Positions 40,456 to 54,148 of a stretch of 64,000 nucleotides of DNA are shown in pieces (the stretch's first letter is position 1; every line of letters begins with the position of its first letter). Made by a program: the position numbers and the translations under genes. This stretch comes from Bugula neritina (lineage: Eukaryota > Animalia > Bryozoa): NCBI GenBank assembly GCA_964035545.1, contig OZ037771.1, positions 755,628-819,627 on the forward strand, read 5' to 3'. The notes under the pieces were generated by a model. The model saw only the letters and a program-made list of their open reading frames with translations. It ran no database searches and was not told the origin of the DNA.

Positions 40456-41541
40456 ACTGAGTGATCACATTACAATATTGAAGTTCAGCACCCATGTCTA
40501 CTTACCTCATATGGTGCAATAGAGTAGAAACTCACCAAAATGCTTATAATACTGAGGCTTCAGTCTGATCACTTCATATATCTTACATTCTCCTGTATAG
40601 ACAGTGATAGGCTGTTTATGGCTTTGACTTATACACGCAAACAATAAGAGAGCATAACTCCAATATGTTTAAAATATTAGTAGGTTATATGAATATTATT
40701 AATTTGAATTCATAAACACTACCAGTACCAAATACTAGAAACTATGCATATTAATAAAACATTTTGCATCCTGATGCCTAATTTAAAGTTTTTGATTATA
40801 GTGATGGTCATTTATTGTAAACATTAAATTTTCAACTACAATCACGAGTGTGACAATAGACCAAAAATGAAAGCTCACTTCATTTTACTAAAAATTAGTA
40901 ATATTGATATTATTACTGTAAGTTATAGTAGTATTTTTCAATTTACATTATAATAATTAATATAGTTACTAATTAGTATCAGTATAAGTACAACTATTAC
41001 TGACAATGAGTACAGTGAGCATTGGCTATCATTGTGATTATCACTATGATAGACTACTAGTACTGTACTTGCAGCCATAGCATACGTATGAGCATCAACT
41101 TCACTGCGATGTCAGATGTCCGTCGGCTGCGTAAAGCCATAAAACCAATAATATTGTGATTTTAAGCTGAGACAGTAATAAAAATCGCTCTACCTACAAT
41201 AAAATACTAATTAAGGTTTTGGGGCTAGTAGATGCAACTTCAAATTATTTCTTTTGTAGAGTTTGTAGCCTTAGATTTTAAAAAAAGAAAAGTTGGCCAA
41301 GCCAATGGAATGAATTACATTAATACAATGTAGAAAAAACCCACGCTTACAATTTTTCAGCTAATAACCCCACGGGTGCTATTAGTATTAGTGCTATCGG
41401 TGTTAAAATTTAAAAATAACTGTTGAATCATAAATTTATCATGGAATAATTGTGTTCATTAGTAAATAAAAAGTGTCACCTGTAGAATTATATGTTAATT
41501 GGTTTTAAGAGTAATTTATTTTTAAACTATTATCTACAAAA

Positions 41542-44500
41542 ATGTTGAAAACGTGTATTCGGGCTGCGCTGTGCAACTCTTTTAAAGACCAAGGACTTAC
41601 AAAATCAATGAAACTGAAAGGTATTGCTATTACTATTACTATTAGTATTACATTTACAGTATTACTATTAGTTATTACTATTACTAATACTAATAATAAT
41701 AGTTATAGTGTAAGCATAACTTTAGTTGTAATATAGTTTTAAGTATTACTATTAGTATTAGTATTACTACTAGTACTACGTCTACTATTATTTGATTTTA
41801 TCATAATAATATTAATTAGCATAAGTTGAAGTACTGTGACTGGAACTGGTACTAGTAGTAGTAACTAACTAGTGGAAGTATCTGCATTGAAGTAGTACCA
41901 CTAGTTTTGCAACTAATACTGTTACTTATTAGTTATTACTATTAGTACTACATTTAGCGTTACTATAAGTATAACATCAAGTTCAACATGTAGTGCTTAC
42001 AGTTAGTAATACTAATAGGATGGCTGTGTAATTTTGAAAAATAAACATAATCAAATTAACATAAGATGGTATAACTATAAGTATAGTATAAGTAAAAGTA
42101 TTGCTTTTACCCTGATCGCTTTAACTTAGAGTTTGTGTTAGTCTTAATGTTGAAGTTAATGATGATGATAAACATAATCATAATGAGTCATGACTACCAT
42201 CGTCATGGTGTAGATGTCTCAAATGTAATTATGTCGTTTTACTTTTTAGTTTACTTATACGTCTTATAGACTAGAGACTAAAGCAAATGAAAATATTGTA
42301 AACTTAATATAAAATTAAATGAATAACTAGCAATTTAGCATGCTCGGAGTCATGGTTTCAGTTTTGACTTTAGATTTTGTCATTACCAATATGGTTCTTG
42401 AATTATTCACAGTGTTAACCATTCATAATGGTAATTGCTATATCTACTGAATTTGGAAATAAATATAATATTTAAATTAAAATTTAAACTAAAAATAGTA
42501 TATCTTAATTTTATGGCTGATATTAAATAGCAAAACTAGTAGTTACAGCTTGGTGGAACCGGAGTGAGTCTAATGGCAATAGTTTTGAAGTAAATGGTAA
42601 AAGCAATTTGAAACTTAAACTCAAAGTTAAAGTAGTTCTACATTAAACTGTCACTCACTCATTCACTTTTCAATTTTACAAAGAATGAAGTTTAAGTTAT
42701 AGTTAAAAATGTTGTAGTATATTCAGTAATCCAAAGAGTTGAACTTGAAGTGATTTTCGTAATATAAATATTTATATTCTATATTTATGCATATGGAATA
42801 ATCGAAACCAACATTATGAACTTTAAGCATTATTTTTTTTCAGTTCGACTGTTAAGGATTGACAGAAAATTGAAAATGTCAAGAATGTTAAAAATGTTTT
42901 AAACTACGCAATACTGTAGTAAAAGCTTTATAGTAATTTTTCATTACAGGTCTACCATTGTCACAACTAATTTTGAAATTTCCTTTTCAAGATAATCTTA
43001 CCAAAACGCAACCAAATGGCAACGAGTAAGTTTTTAACTATATAGCTCTTTGGCTTGAATTCACACATCATTTCAATAGGCTTCAGCAGAAACTTTAGAC
43101 ACATACGTTTATATAATTTGTAAAACTCATGCCACCCAACTTACACTTTTACATTGTTGCACTATCTTAACTTTGTGCTAACACATTACCCCTGGTGTAT
43201 GTAATAGTTATCTGTGTCATTGTTATCCGACTGTATCTTGAGAAACTGCATAAGCTGGCTACTGTTTTGTTTTAGTTTCCACCAGCAGAGAGATTTTCAT
43301 ATGTCTGCAAACAGTCCCATTAAATTTCAGCCACCTTCAAATTGGCTAAAATATAATGAACTTGTATTTCCTCCCAGAGAAGAGGACGAGCCATGCAGAC
43401 CTGCAGTAAGTAGACTGCATATTTATCAAGTCAAAGCATACCAAACATTATATTAGGAAGTACACTCTACACTGCAACATATTAATAATATCTGCAAGGG
43501 TACATTGTTTACATTAGTGATGTAATAAACACATTGCCAATCGTATAGTGAATGTAATAACTGCAGTATTTGTATAATTCAGATGCTTTTATCTATTTTC
43601 AGAATTTAACTTCTGCTAATTCTACTGTGAAGACTGCCGTTATCTATTAATGATTGCAATTATTTGATTTGTAGGAAATCTTTCACCAGAGAGCCCATGT
43701 GAAGTATCAGTTTGACAAAATGAATTACCTCTGCAGGATGGTAGGTATATGTACTTCTACCTGTCAAAGCCTGTCTACATGGCTTCTGTGAACAAGTTGC
43801 TATGTTCACTTCTACCTGCCAGAGCCTGTCTACATGGCTTCTGTGAGCAAGTTGTTGTCTTCACTTCTACCTGTCAAAGCCTGTCTACATGACTTCTGTG
43901 AGCAAGTTGTTGTGTTCACTTCTACCTGTCAAAGCCTGTCTACATGACTTCTGTGAGCAAGTTGTTGTGTTCACTTCAAGTAGCAATTCACACTCTTCAA
44001 TGTCTTACAGCTTATATAATCATCCACTCGTGTTGTTGATAGGTAAGAGGCATGAGTGTTGATGAAGCAAGGAAACAGCTTACCTTCAGAAACAGAGCTG
44101 GCGCCACCATTCTCAAAGAGGTCAGTTTTTACTTCGCGTGTTATTGCAAGGTCACACAGTGCTGCTAGGCTAATTTTATACTTCTCAGCTCTTTTCCTCT
44201 CCGCTCTGTCCTGTTCGGGTAGCGAGCTCTTCTCATCTCTTATAATATGAGGAAAGGAGGAGGGGAGCCATTAAACTTTGATACAGTCAAAATGAATCTC
44301 CATAACTTACTACTCTGATATATGCCCACTCTGTAAGTTCCTGTACTTCCTCTAGAAATTGTCTCACCTTAAATTATGTTGTAGCTTATTGAGGAAGCCC
44401 AAGACATGGCAGTTAAAGAGCATAACGTGGAGTTTAAATCTAACTTGTGGGTTGGTGAGTGTTACGACTAGCTCTCTTTTTGCTACAAGTTTGAATTATC

Positions 44501-45212
44501 GCCTACATTCGTTTTTGTCAATTTGTAAAGTTTTGTAAATTTGGACGAGAGCATACTTCATATTATTGTTTTTAATACCAAAACAATTCACACTTTCAGC
44601 TCTTGAAAGTAAGAAGTTTACGGAGCGAAAAATGATTTCATTTTGATCACTGTGAAAGCTTCTTGTGTTGTATTCTGTAGTTTCTAAAGTTTGCGTTTTA
44701 TTATTTGCTTTGTTGTGTAGCTGAGGCTTTCGTCACACCAGCTGGATTTTTTAAAGGAATTCGTAAACATGCTAAGACTTATTCTGGGATTGTTCAGTGA
44801 GTAGACAGCCACGCATTTATGCTATATCTATTATCTTTTTAGGAATTGTGATTTTTCTGTTTTGATCTACCAATACATGTGCAGGCTCCATGGATTTAAT
44901 ATAAAATATTTGCCTTTTTTTTTAAAAAAATGCTTGTTTTCCTTGTTACAATTTATCTTTTTTATTAGCAAAAAACCATTATAAGTGCATATATGTGCTA
45001 TGTATGTCGTAATCATTAATACATACACCTATCAAATAGTGATTATGTCATGGTGTTGTATCAATTTTAGTTATCGGTTCATACACCTGTTCATCAAGTT
45101 GAGAGAAGGCCCTCCTCCTGAGCACTACTATACTCCAGAATCAAATGGTTATGAGCTGAAAGAACAATATCTGAGTCGTCTGCGGAACCGAAAGATAGTC
45201 AACTCCCTGTAA
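41542..45212 (+). CDS. MRPL22: Mitochondrial ribosomal protein uL22m
   Basis: Exons 41542-41620 and 42950-43025 (presequence, less certain), 43276-43405 (WLKYNELVFPP...EPCRPA), 43675-43740 (EIFHQRAHVKY), 44043-44120 (VRGMSVDEA), 44385-44454 (EAQDMAVKEHNVEFKSNLWV), 44721-44796, 45071-45212 (KLREGPPP...LRNRKIVNSL*). Collinear with human MRPL22. Confidence 0.93.
43755..43977. repeat. Minisatellite, 55-nt unit, 4 copies, in an MRPL22 intron
   Basis: TTCTACCTGTCAAAGCCTGTCTACATG(G/A)CTTCTGTGAGCAAGTTGTTGTGTTCAC. Confidence 0.92.
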
Positions 45213-45880
45213 CACAACATTGCGGAAACTCCCAATTTTTTATAGTGACTGATAAAGCTATTTCAAACAGAACATCTCATTAAGATATGAGCACGTCTTC
45301 TTACTCAATAAATCATAAAGTTAGTAGAGTAACTTGAAATATGCATTGTTTTTAACTTGTTGAAAGCTGTTGCTTAAGCTTACCACAATATTTAAGCTGC
45401 TGTTCTTGTTTTCTTTAAGCAAGGTAGTCCACATCCAATAAGTCTTTTTGTTTTAGCTAATGGTTTCATGTAGCCATTTACTCTGCAACACAATGTATTA
45501 CAATAAAGCAATGAGCAACCACCAGCTAGTACTCTTCACTTGATGCCACCTAGTAGTGACTGTTTTCCTGTTGCACAGGTCTTAGTGTTCTGGTCTAACC
45601 AAGCATATGGAACTTTATAACACCATAACAACTGGATATATTATTGCAAAATGTTGAAGAATGTATACAAGTTTTAATAATAGAATTGCAACTATTCTAC
45701 GCATGTATAATTTTGAAGAGAATTTTCAACAGTTATTGCATCTAATGCATTAGATAAAGTTACTTAAAATATATTTCACTACCAGCAAACTCATGCTTAG
45801 TTCAAAACCGGGGAAAAAATTTTTTTAAGTCTTTCTTGGAGATGTGGTGAAATTTCGTAGTTATCATGTGTAGAAAAATT

Positions 45881-48800
45881 TCATGGAAATAAAATTCTAT
45901 TGACTTGCCTATAAATATCTTTTTCACTTGGTGGCAATGATCCTGATATGTTGAACATTTTCTGCAGCACTTCTATTTCCCTCTGACTTGGTGTTAGCCG
46001 TGACCGTGATTTCTTGTTAAAAGTTTCCTCAACACCTTGCTGCTTTACTCTATTAGCTTTATATTTTCTGGTTGACATTTGATCAAACCCAGTCTCAACA
46101 TGTCTTTTACCTAAATAGTTTAAACTGCAAAACATTTGTGAAAAAATAAACGATCACAAAGCAATATATTGCGTCTTCGTCACAAGTAGCTACTTTCACG
46201 GTGTACTATGTAATGACCTGATGCCTTTCTCCTTTCATGCCTTCTGATCATATTCTCAATCCTTTGACATCGTAGCAAGCTGTAGCCATCCTTGTGGTTT
46301 GTATGCCGGATCTCATCTACTATAACTTTTGATGAGTATGTAACCTTGATTGGTGGGAGTGGCTTCACTACGTTGTGCTGAGAGAAGTTTCTAGTCTTTG
46401 GTTCTAGCCGTTTAATATCCAACTCTAGTTGGTTCTAAAATGTTTATGGTGGTGTCAGACACCTAAGACAAGATGGAAATCACCCAGTCTACATTTGTTA
46501 AATAGGCATTAGCTGGGCGATGTAGCATTTCTAAGACATATTGCCTCTTCTCTGAACATAGAGGTAACATTTTAATACAATGGGCTACTACCATTTTTAT
46601 CCTGCTAGGAATATTGACTTATACACGTATGTCCAGTACTTACACTACAATTATTACATCATTACTATAGACTCTTGTTAGCAAGCACATTGCAAAAGTA
46701 TGCAGAAATATAGGGTATCATGTTAGTTAAATGCATTCCCCTTCTCCATCGTTTAATACTGAGCTAATATTTTCAGCATAGGGATGAGGCTACCTGCAGC
46801 TTAGCTAGGCAGCAAGCGACATTCAATTTTATCAATATGGTTTTTTTCAGCTAGTATGAAATATGTGCGTACCCTCTAGCGTTACATTTATGTCTGTAAT
46901 AAGTTATAAGTGATACTAAACTCTAGTATGTTGTGTGACTGCTGGTGGTTGATCACTTGGGCTCTCCACATACTTCAGATATCTCCACATTACTGAGTTT
47001 CTCTCCAACTGAAAGCAGCGCCTCATAGCAGCGATGGGGTTTGTAGACGCCTCATTCTGTATGCCAGATGCCTGTGTGGTCCTGCACGATGCTATAGCTG
47101 GGAGAACTGGTAGTGTACAGGCCTTAGCAGACATGACGGGGCTTACATACTGAGACCCCGTGATGCACATACTCTGCCAGGTATCTTCAGACAAAGTTTG
47201 AATTTTTCTTCTGTTCCTTAAACAAAAACATTTAAACTTTAATTAAAAAGTAAAAAACATTCCATGCATGACACTGTATTACCACAGCTTTTTTCTACAG
47301 GGAAAGTAGTGAAAGAAAAAAACAATATAGCATTATACAAAATTGTATTTTTGTGAAAGTTTTAACACTGACGAGTAAGCTGTCATATGAATATTGTTTG
47401 CTCCTCAAATATGACTTTTAAAAAGTGATAAAAGATATTTTGCTTAAATTGCAGTCAGTATAAATACTTTAAATTATACCACAAATATCAAACATTCCCA
47501 GATTGGAACAACAAATCCAGTGACCTATACTCAACTTATTCTTACATTGTCTGTTTCAGGGTGAGGTTTTGTAACCAGTTGCTCTGTGTTTCATTTCTTT
47601 CCAAGTGTCTTCTCTCCCAAAATTTTTTGCCTACATGCAACGTATCACACAGCAACATAAATAACTACTGAATCAAACAATTTACTCAATAACTAAAGAT
47701 TGTTGTTTTTACTTATTTTATTCAAAATTGTTAGAACTTGCATTTACGTATATCTGTTGGTATTTACATTTAGAAGAGAATAAATATAATACAAACCATG
47801 TAAATAAGTTTTTTCTTTGCGGCTTACTTTGCATCTTCTGAAACACTCAATGAAATGATTATCCGCTAGGCTGCTAGGAGAGGGATTTGGGTCTTGTCTC
47901 TTTTTATTCCATGCGTCTGATTCTTCGGTCTCGGTCATAAAAGTTTTGCTCCCAACCAAGTGGGTGGAAGAAGTGCCTACTTTATCGCTGCTCTTGAATT
48001 TATAAAAATAGTTTAAACATAGTTTTATTCCAAATTCGGAGTAAACATAATACATAGCGAGTTTAAAAAATAACTGTCTATTCAAATAGTAACTTTATCA
48101 CACAGTTTACCCTTGATTACATGTTGAAGTAAGACATGCAGCTTTCACAATTTAAGCACACAACACATCACACCTTTTTTAAATAAACCAATAATGCAAC
48201 AACTTGATGATATTAATTTGTTTTTTTATATACCTATTATATAAAATTGTCTTGATTTGACACCGAGAGCCATACTGGTTCAAGAACCACAGGCAAGTTT
48301 TTAAAATCAACTTAAGAGAATAACTTAAATAAATATGAACTAGTTTGTGCAGAACTTGGCTAATATTGCAATCATCATTGGTTAATTAAATCATTAAAAA
48401 CCGTAACAAGAGGTTGGCCACCACCTAACAAAAGTAAAAGAGGTTGACTATCAACTAACAGAAGTAGAAGAGATTTACCATCAACTAACAGAAGTAGAAG
48501 ATGTCTACCACCACTTAACAGAAGTAGAAGGTGTTTACCACCAACCAACAGACACAGGCTGAATAGAAATATAGTATTTCTATTCACCTCAGTTTCTTGC
48601 ATCAATGTCGAGGACAGTACTGCCTTCTTGCTAATGCAATCATAGTAGAATTTTTTAGAGTACTTGTTTGGTAAAATACTTTCACTCCGGGATCTTTTAG
48701 CATTTTTAGATTTAAGATCCAGGGGTTTAAAGTTTGTTGTTGATTTATTAGTTGGCATGGAACTTCAAAATATGATAAGAAATTATACTCGCAATACTCA

Positions 48801-51800
48801 CCGTTATTGCTACTTATTACTGGTATTTTAGCCAAGATTTTTCATTACCCTAAAACATGTGACTAATTTGAAGATATAATTTTTAAATGTTGACCAAAAT
48901 GAGAAAACATACTGAAAATGCTTCTATAGTACACTTTAAACCCGCATTTGATAAAACAGTGATATAAGACCTTAAAAATAAGTATTCCAATCTTTTCATA
49001 GTTAAGATTTAATGTTGAGTATATGAGGGCATGTTCGTGTGTTGGTGCGTGATGCATGTGTGTTCAACGTGTGTTTGCTAGCGGTACATGCATGGTGTGT
49101 GTGTGTGCAGTGTGCAGTGTGTGTATATACTTCTACCTTACCTGAGTTGAGTGATCAGATGTGGTCGAGAAATCTCCAAGGGCTTCCTAGCAGTTATCCC
49201 GTCAACTATTAAACTCAAATCAGACCATGAGCCCACTGAAGTCGTGTCCTGTTGAGATGTAGCACATTACCACTTTGCGTTGATGCAAAATATCCTTTGG
49301 TGCAGCAAAACTATCTATTCAGTTTTAACATAAACTTATACTTATACTCAGTGTTATTATACACTTATACCTATAGCTTACCCAGTGTTAATATAAACTT
49401 ATACCTATAGCTTACCCAGTGTTAATATAAACTTATACTTATACTCAGTATTAACATAAACTTATACCTATAGCTTACCCAGTGTCAATATAAACCTATA
49501 CCTAAGTGTTAATATAAACCTATACCCAAGTGTTAATATACCTCCAAGATGTTAGCCAATGACTCGTCATCTGTGCTGGTTGTGCCAACTTCGGCGTCCG
49601 TGTCACTCAAATCATCAACGGAATTATTTGAGGAAGTGGTAGTTTCTGATTCATCAGACGACAGGAAAGAAAAGGAAGCGTCAGACACGGCATCGCCTTC
49701 ATCTAACGAGTCCAATCGCGCAAAATCTAATGTGGTGATACTTGGTGTCGCAACTCCTAAATATCTAATACACTATAATGTTCATATATGATGATCACAG
49801 GGTGGGTACTACATATGGCTATATGGCTGGTGTGTAGAACAGATGTAGTGATAAATAATATAATTCATATAACTGAATGCAAGACTTTAAATATTTAGCA
49901 ACACCAAAAAACTGTAGCAAGCTGTTGATGACCAGCCTTGAACACTGGATAGTCATTTGTAAATGTTTATAATTACAGTAATTAAAATTAAACATTTTAT
50001 AATCACCTTTACTATTGTGTAACACTTTATTTAGTAAACAACTGTAAGTGCTACCCTTGCCATGTGATTGTTTCAAGTGCATACAGTACAATAATATTGT
50101 TTATGATTGTAATCTTATAATACTGGTTTACATTATACTGTGTCACATCTGTTCACCTATACCTACAAAGGACCTCTAGCTATAGATCAGTAGGGTATAC
50201 TCTAGAGTCTAGTAGCAAGCATTGTACTCATGTAGTTTATACTGAATATTGGGTAACTGTGAGGTTACAGGGAAACAGACACCTACACAATATTATTTAT
50301 ATTAGTAGAATGATTAGGCACCAGCAAAACTAAATTTAAGAGTTGACTTTTTGTAAACACATCAATTACATTTAAACGATTTTTGTGTATAAGACTGTAC
50401 AGTTCATTGCAGACAAGAATTGTCCACCCATGTATCTTCAAGGTTATAGTACTGTAGATCAGTGGTGGGGACATTGAGCTATAACTAATAAGTTTTAGTT
50501 TATTGGGTGGAAAGGTGGGTGTGGTCAAGTGTACAATTTACCTCCTAAATCTGGTAGAGATGACGAAGTCCTTCTGTAACGAGGCCGTTTTGGTTTGTTA
50601 TGTTGCAATGCTGTGGGACAGGGTGCACTTTTAGTCTGTCTGACATCAAACAAAGAAGTGCGCATTGGCGTCCCAACTTGCTCCACCTCTGCATCTGAGT
50701 CACTCAACTCTTAGAGTGAAATAGACAGTTGATTACTCTACATTTTTATAGTAAATAACATTAGAATGATTAGCCTTATCACTTATATATACTCACGAGG
50801 ATTGGGAGTTTTGTTACTTTTATCATCAAATATCAGTTCGTCTAGAATATCTATAATAAAAATGTGTGGTTTAAACTGGGGCACAATTTTATCAATATAA
50901 ACATAAATTGCACTGTTAGCATCAATCCTTCTGCAATCTGCATCATGAGCTTAGGTCTCAGAGCTGTATATATACAATGTAGAACACTGTTAGTAAATTG
51001 AGCAAATTTCCTTTATTGGTGTTGGTGTAAAATTAGCTAATAATTGACTTCGAGTGAAACAGAGCAACTATTATCAGGGATAGTGTTTAGGTCAACTAAC
51101 AGCAGCTAGTAAAATAAAACACTCACTTTCAGTTACAACATCACAATCACAGAGAGAATTCAGAGAAAAAGTCTATGCATCACCTCAAGCCATGCTAGGA
51201 ACATGACCTAAGATATTTCTGTTATTACAAAACTACCTCGCCATGTGGTTTGATCCTCAGCTAACAGCCTCTTTACTCACCGGACAGTGAAGAGAGACAT
51301 GGTGAAGAAAGAGACTTACCTAACTAACAGCTAAGCAATGAATCAGCCAATCACATAGTAGAAACCTACCATCATCATCAAATATGGTATAAGTAAGACA
51401 GGGAAGTAAACTCTCATCTCTCACAGATAGTGAACTTTCCACATCAGATCTCTCTGTAGATTCTGATAACGAGTCCTTGGCTATCTGAAACACATTTGAT
51501 TGGTCAAATGATATGCTTAATTAATCTATATTGAACTGTTCCCCTTTCAAGAGACCAACTAAAAGTTTGCTGAATTGGCACTAGTCAAAAATCAAAAGTT
51601 TTAATGAAAATGAATGATAAATTTATAAATTGTCTTGTTATAGAACAGAGCAAAGCTAATTGGTATCACATCACAGGAAGTGCATATATTATGACCTGTG
51701 TAATATAGAGGTCACACTGATTTCTATTCTAAATCATAAACATTAATGACAAATATAAAATTATATATTTTGTATGTATGAGCTATGAAGTAGCAATAAC

Positions 51801-52420
51801 ATGTAAACTTAATTTAGTTTGGATATGATTATATCACCTTGCTCATTGCATAGATTTAGCTGATGGTAATGCAAATATTATGCATACAGTGAATTATTCA
51901 GTTATTTATCTAAATATAAATGAAATTCAAGTAGATAACAATAGAATACATCTTGCTAGGAAATTCTTACATCAATTCTTAGCATTTGGAGTCCATTGGC
52001 ATTCTGTATATCTGTAGAAGATTTGCTTCTAATTTCTTCTGAGTGGTCAGTTTGCTTCTTCAGTGTCAGCTCACTAAAACTAAAGTAAAAACTGATCTTT
52101 ATACAGGATTTCAAAATATTTATTGTAATTAAATTAATTTATGTACATGTTTATGTGCGACTAGCTATAATTATAAAATAATGTTATTTAATGTCATAGC
52201 AATAAATACGTCTTCACACTGTTGTAGCTTGAGTGTATTATTTCTACAAGTCTATAACATATAACTAAATTTATGTATCTGGCTGTTATAATGTGTATAG
52301 CCTTTAACAGCCTTTAACTATAGTCTCCAACATATATCATAATTTATATGCCACGCTTTATGAAATATTTCACAGCTTACCTTTTACGACTTATTTCCTG
52401 GGATTCTTCTTTGCTGGCAG
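45881..52420 (-). CDS. Uncharacterised multi-exon, low-complexity (Ser/acidic then basic) protein; boundaries approximate, possibly two genes
   Basis: Runs of phase-compatible GT-AG exons near 52420-52381, 52074-51971, 51484-51425, 51172-51127, 50850-50797, 50710-50542, 49756-49542, 49186-49142, 48762-48588, 47630-47546, 47216-46923, 46434-46218, 46110-45905. Motifs include RRTSSSLPDL and KPLPPIK. No recognisable domain. The junctions at 47.6-49.1 kb and both termini are unresolved. Confidence 0.55.
48410..48552. repeat. Degenerate 30-nt minisatellite, 4-5 copies
   Basis: TCAACTAACAGAAGTAGAAGAGATTTACCA-type units. Confidence 0.8.
49320..49541. repeat. Minisatellite, ~27-34-nt units
   Basis: CCCAGTGTTAATATAAACTTATACCTATAGCTTA, abutting a donor. 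Confidence 0.85.
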
Positions 52421-54148
52421 CTAGGAAGTTGAAAGAAAAAGCAGTCATATACTATTACAGCAAACATTTTTTTGTAATTCATAATTAGAAAGTTTAATGC
52501 TATGTTTAAATATGTTATAAAGTGGTTCCATGTAATTTTACTTATATTTATTTTATTTTAAACATACTAGTGGTACTTTTGGACTTTCTATTAAAAAGAG
52601 TATGTGAGCAAAGATTGCATGCTGGATATAAAAATTTTAAAGGTGCTACAGTTAATTAACAACTTAAACTTGGAGTGCTAAAAATAGTTGTTTTTACTAG
52701 GTGCAAAGGTTTATATTTTATAATGTTTAATGCTATATTTCTTTAGTATAACAGATACATGTTGGCACCTGGCACAAGCTAGCTAGCAATTAGTATAGAA
52801 ACATTGCAAAAATCAGTTTCGCTCTAAATTTTGTAGGTATTGCTCAAGGAGCAGTGTTAAGTAAAGTTTACTACAAAGCATCTGAAGATATCAATTCTCA
52901 TTATATTTCATATTAAATATTGATACGGTGATAAATATAGTTGTATAATTATCGTGTGATGTAAGATTGCAGTCTACAGAATAAATTACTCATGCATTCA
53001 CTTTTTGCAGTTGTCTTATCAATAATATTCACCAGCACATTCAAGGTGAATTAAAATGCTATTAGAGTCATTAAATAATGAGCCAATACACTATTCTCTC
53101 TTACATGTTTGTTCGAACTTATAGTAATATTTAGTCTTACATGTTGTGTTATCTTGATATTCAGTCTCAGGACTCACATTCACTCTGCCTATGTTGTCGG
53201 CCATGTTCATCACTTTATGCTCCGCTAATCATCAACAAGATAAATGAATAAAATAATATTTTATTGCAGTTCTTCAATATAAAAAATTAACATGTTAACA
53301 ATATAATATCAATAATACTAATATGGTACATAACTATAATGTAACAAATAATTTTAATCTAATAACATCATGACATAATTATTTATATTAAAACTTATAA
53401 GTTGTAGTTTAAGTTACCTTACTCGCAACAATCAGTAACTGTACAGCATATAGTCTATACAATACAAGATGAACATAGGAGTCTGAGAGTTACAATTTAG
53501 AAATTAGACGCCTATCAATGATTACAGATATCAAATTAATTGCTAGCTCCAAGTGTTTGCAGCAGTGAACTTTCGCGAGAGTGGAGTTGCACGTTCATTG
53601 AACGTCGTCTGCCAAATTTACGACACCTGTTGCAAAATAATCAAAAGGTATTATAGCCTTCGGTCTTTGAGAAGTATTACTCTCACTATGATAGGTGTTG
53701 GAAAAGACGATACTGCTGATTCCACACTATCGTTCTGACACTGAATTGTATTGAGGTCAAATTTTCTATTTATTTGACCTTTTGTATTACGTAGCTCCAT
53801 AAAATTAAAGCAAAATATTCTTTTGAAAGTTTGGATCTAAATATAATTTATTTTACTTTAACAATTTGTATTTAGATTTTTTTAATAATTAATTTAAATT
53901 AAAAAGCACTGAAAACTACAGGGAAAAAAAAGAGGTATTATTCGTTTTTTCTGCGCCGTAATATATATGTGCTCTGGTTAAAGAGCAACAAGTTTTAACG
54001 TCGAGCAGGTAAAAACAGGTGCGAGTACAAAAGTCTCTCCAAAATTTCGTTATAGTTTTACACATTTTACATTTTAGATTCTCAAGTATTGATAACTTTC
54101 GACTTACAGTTTGAGAAACAGCTGGTTTCCAGCTCTATTACCACCACC

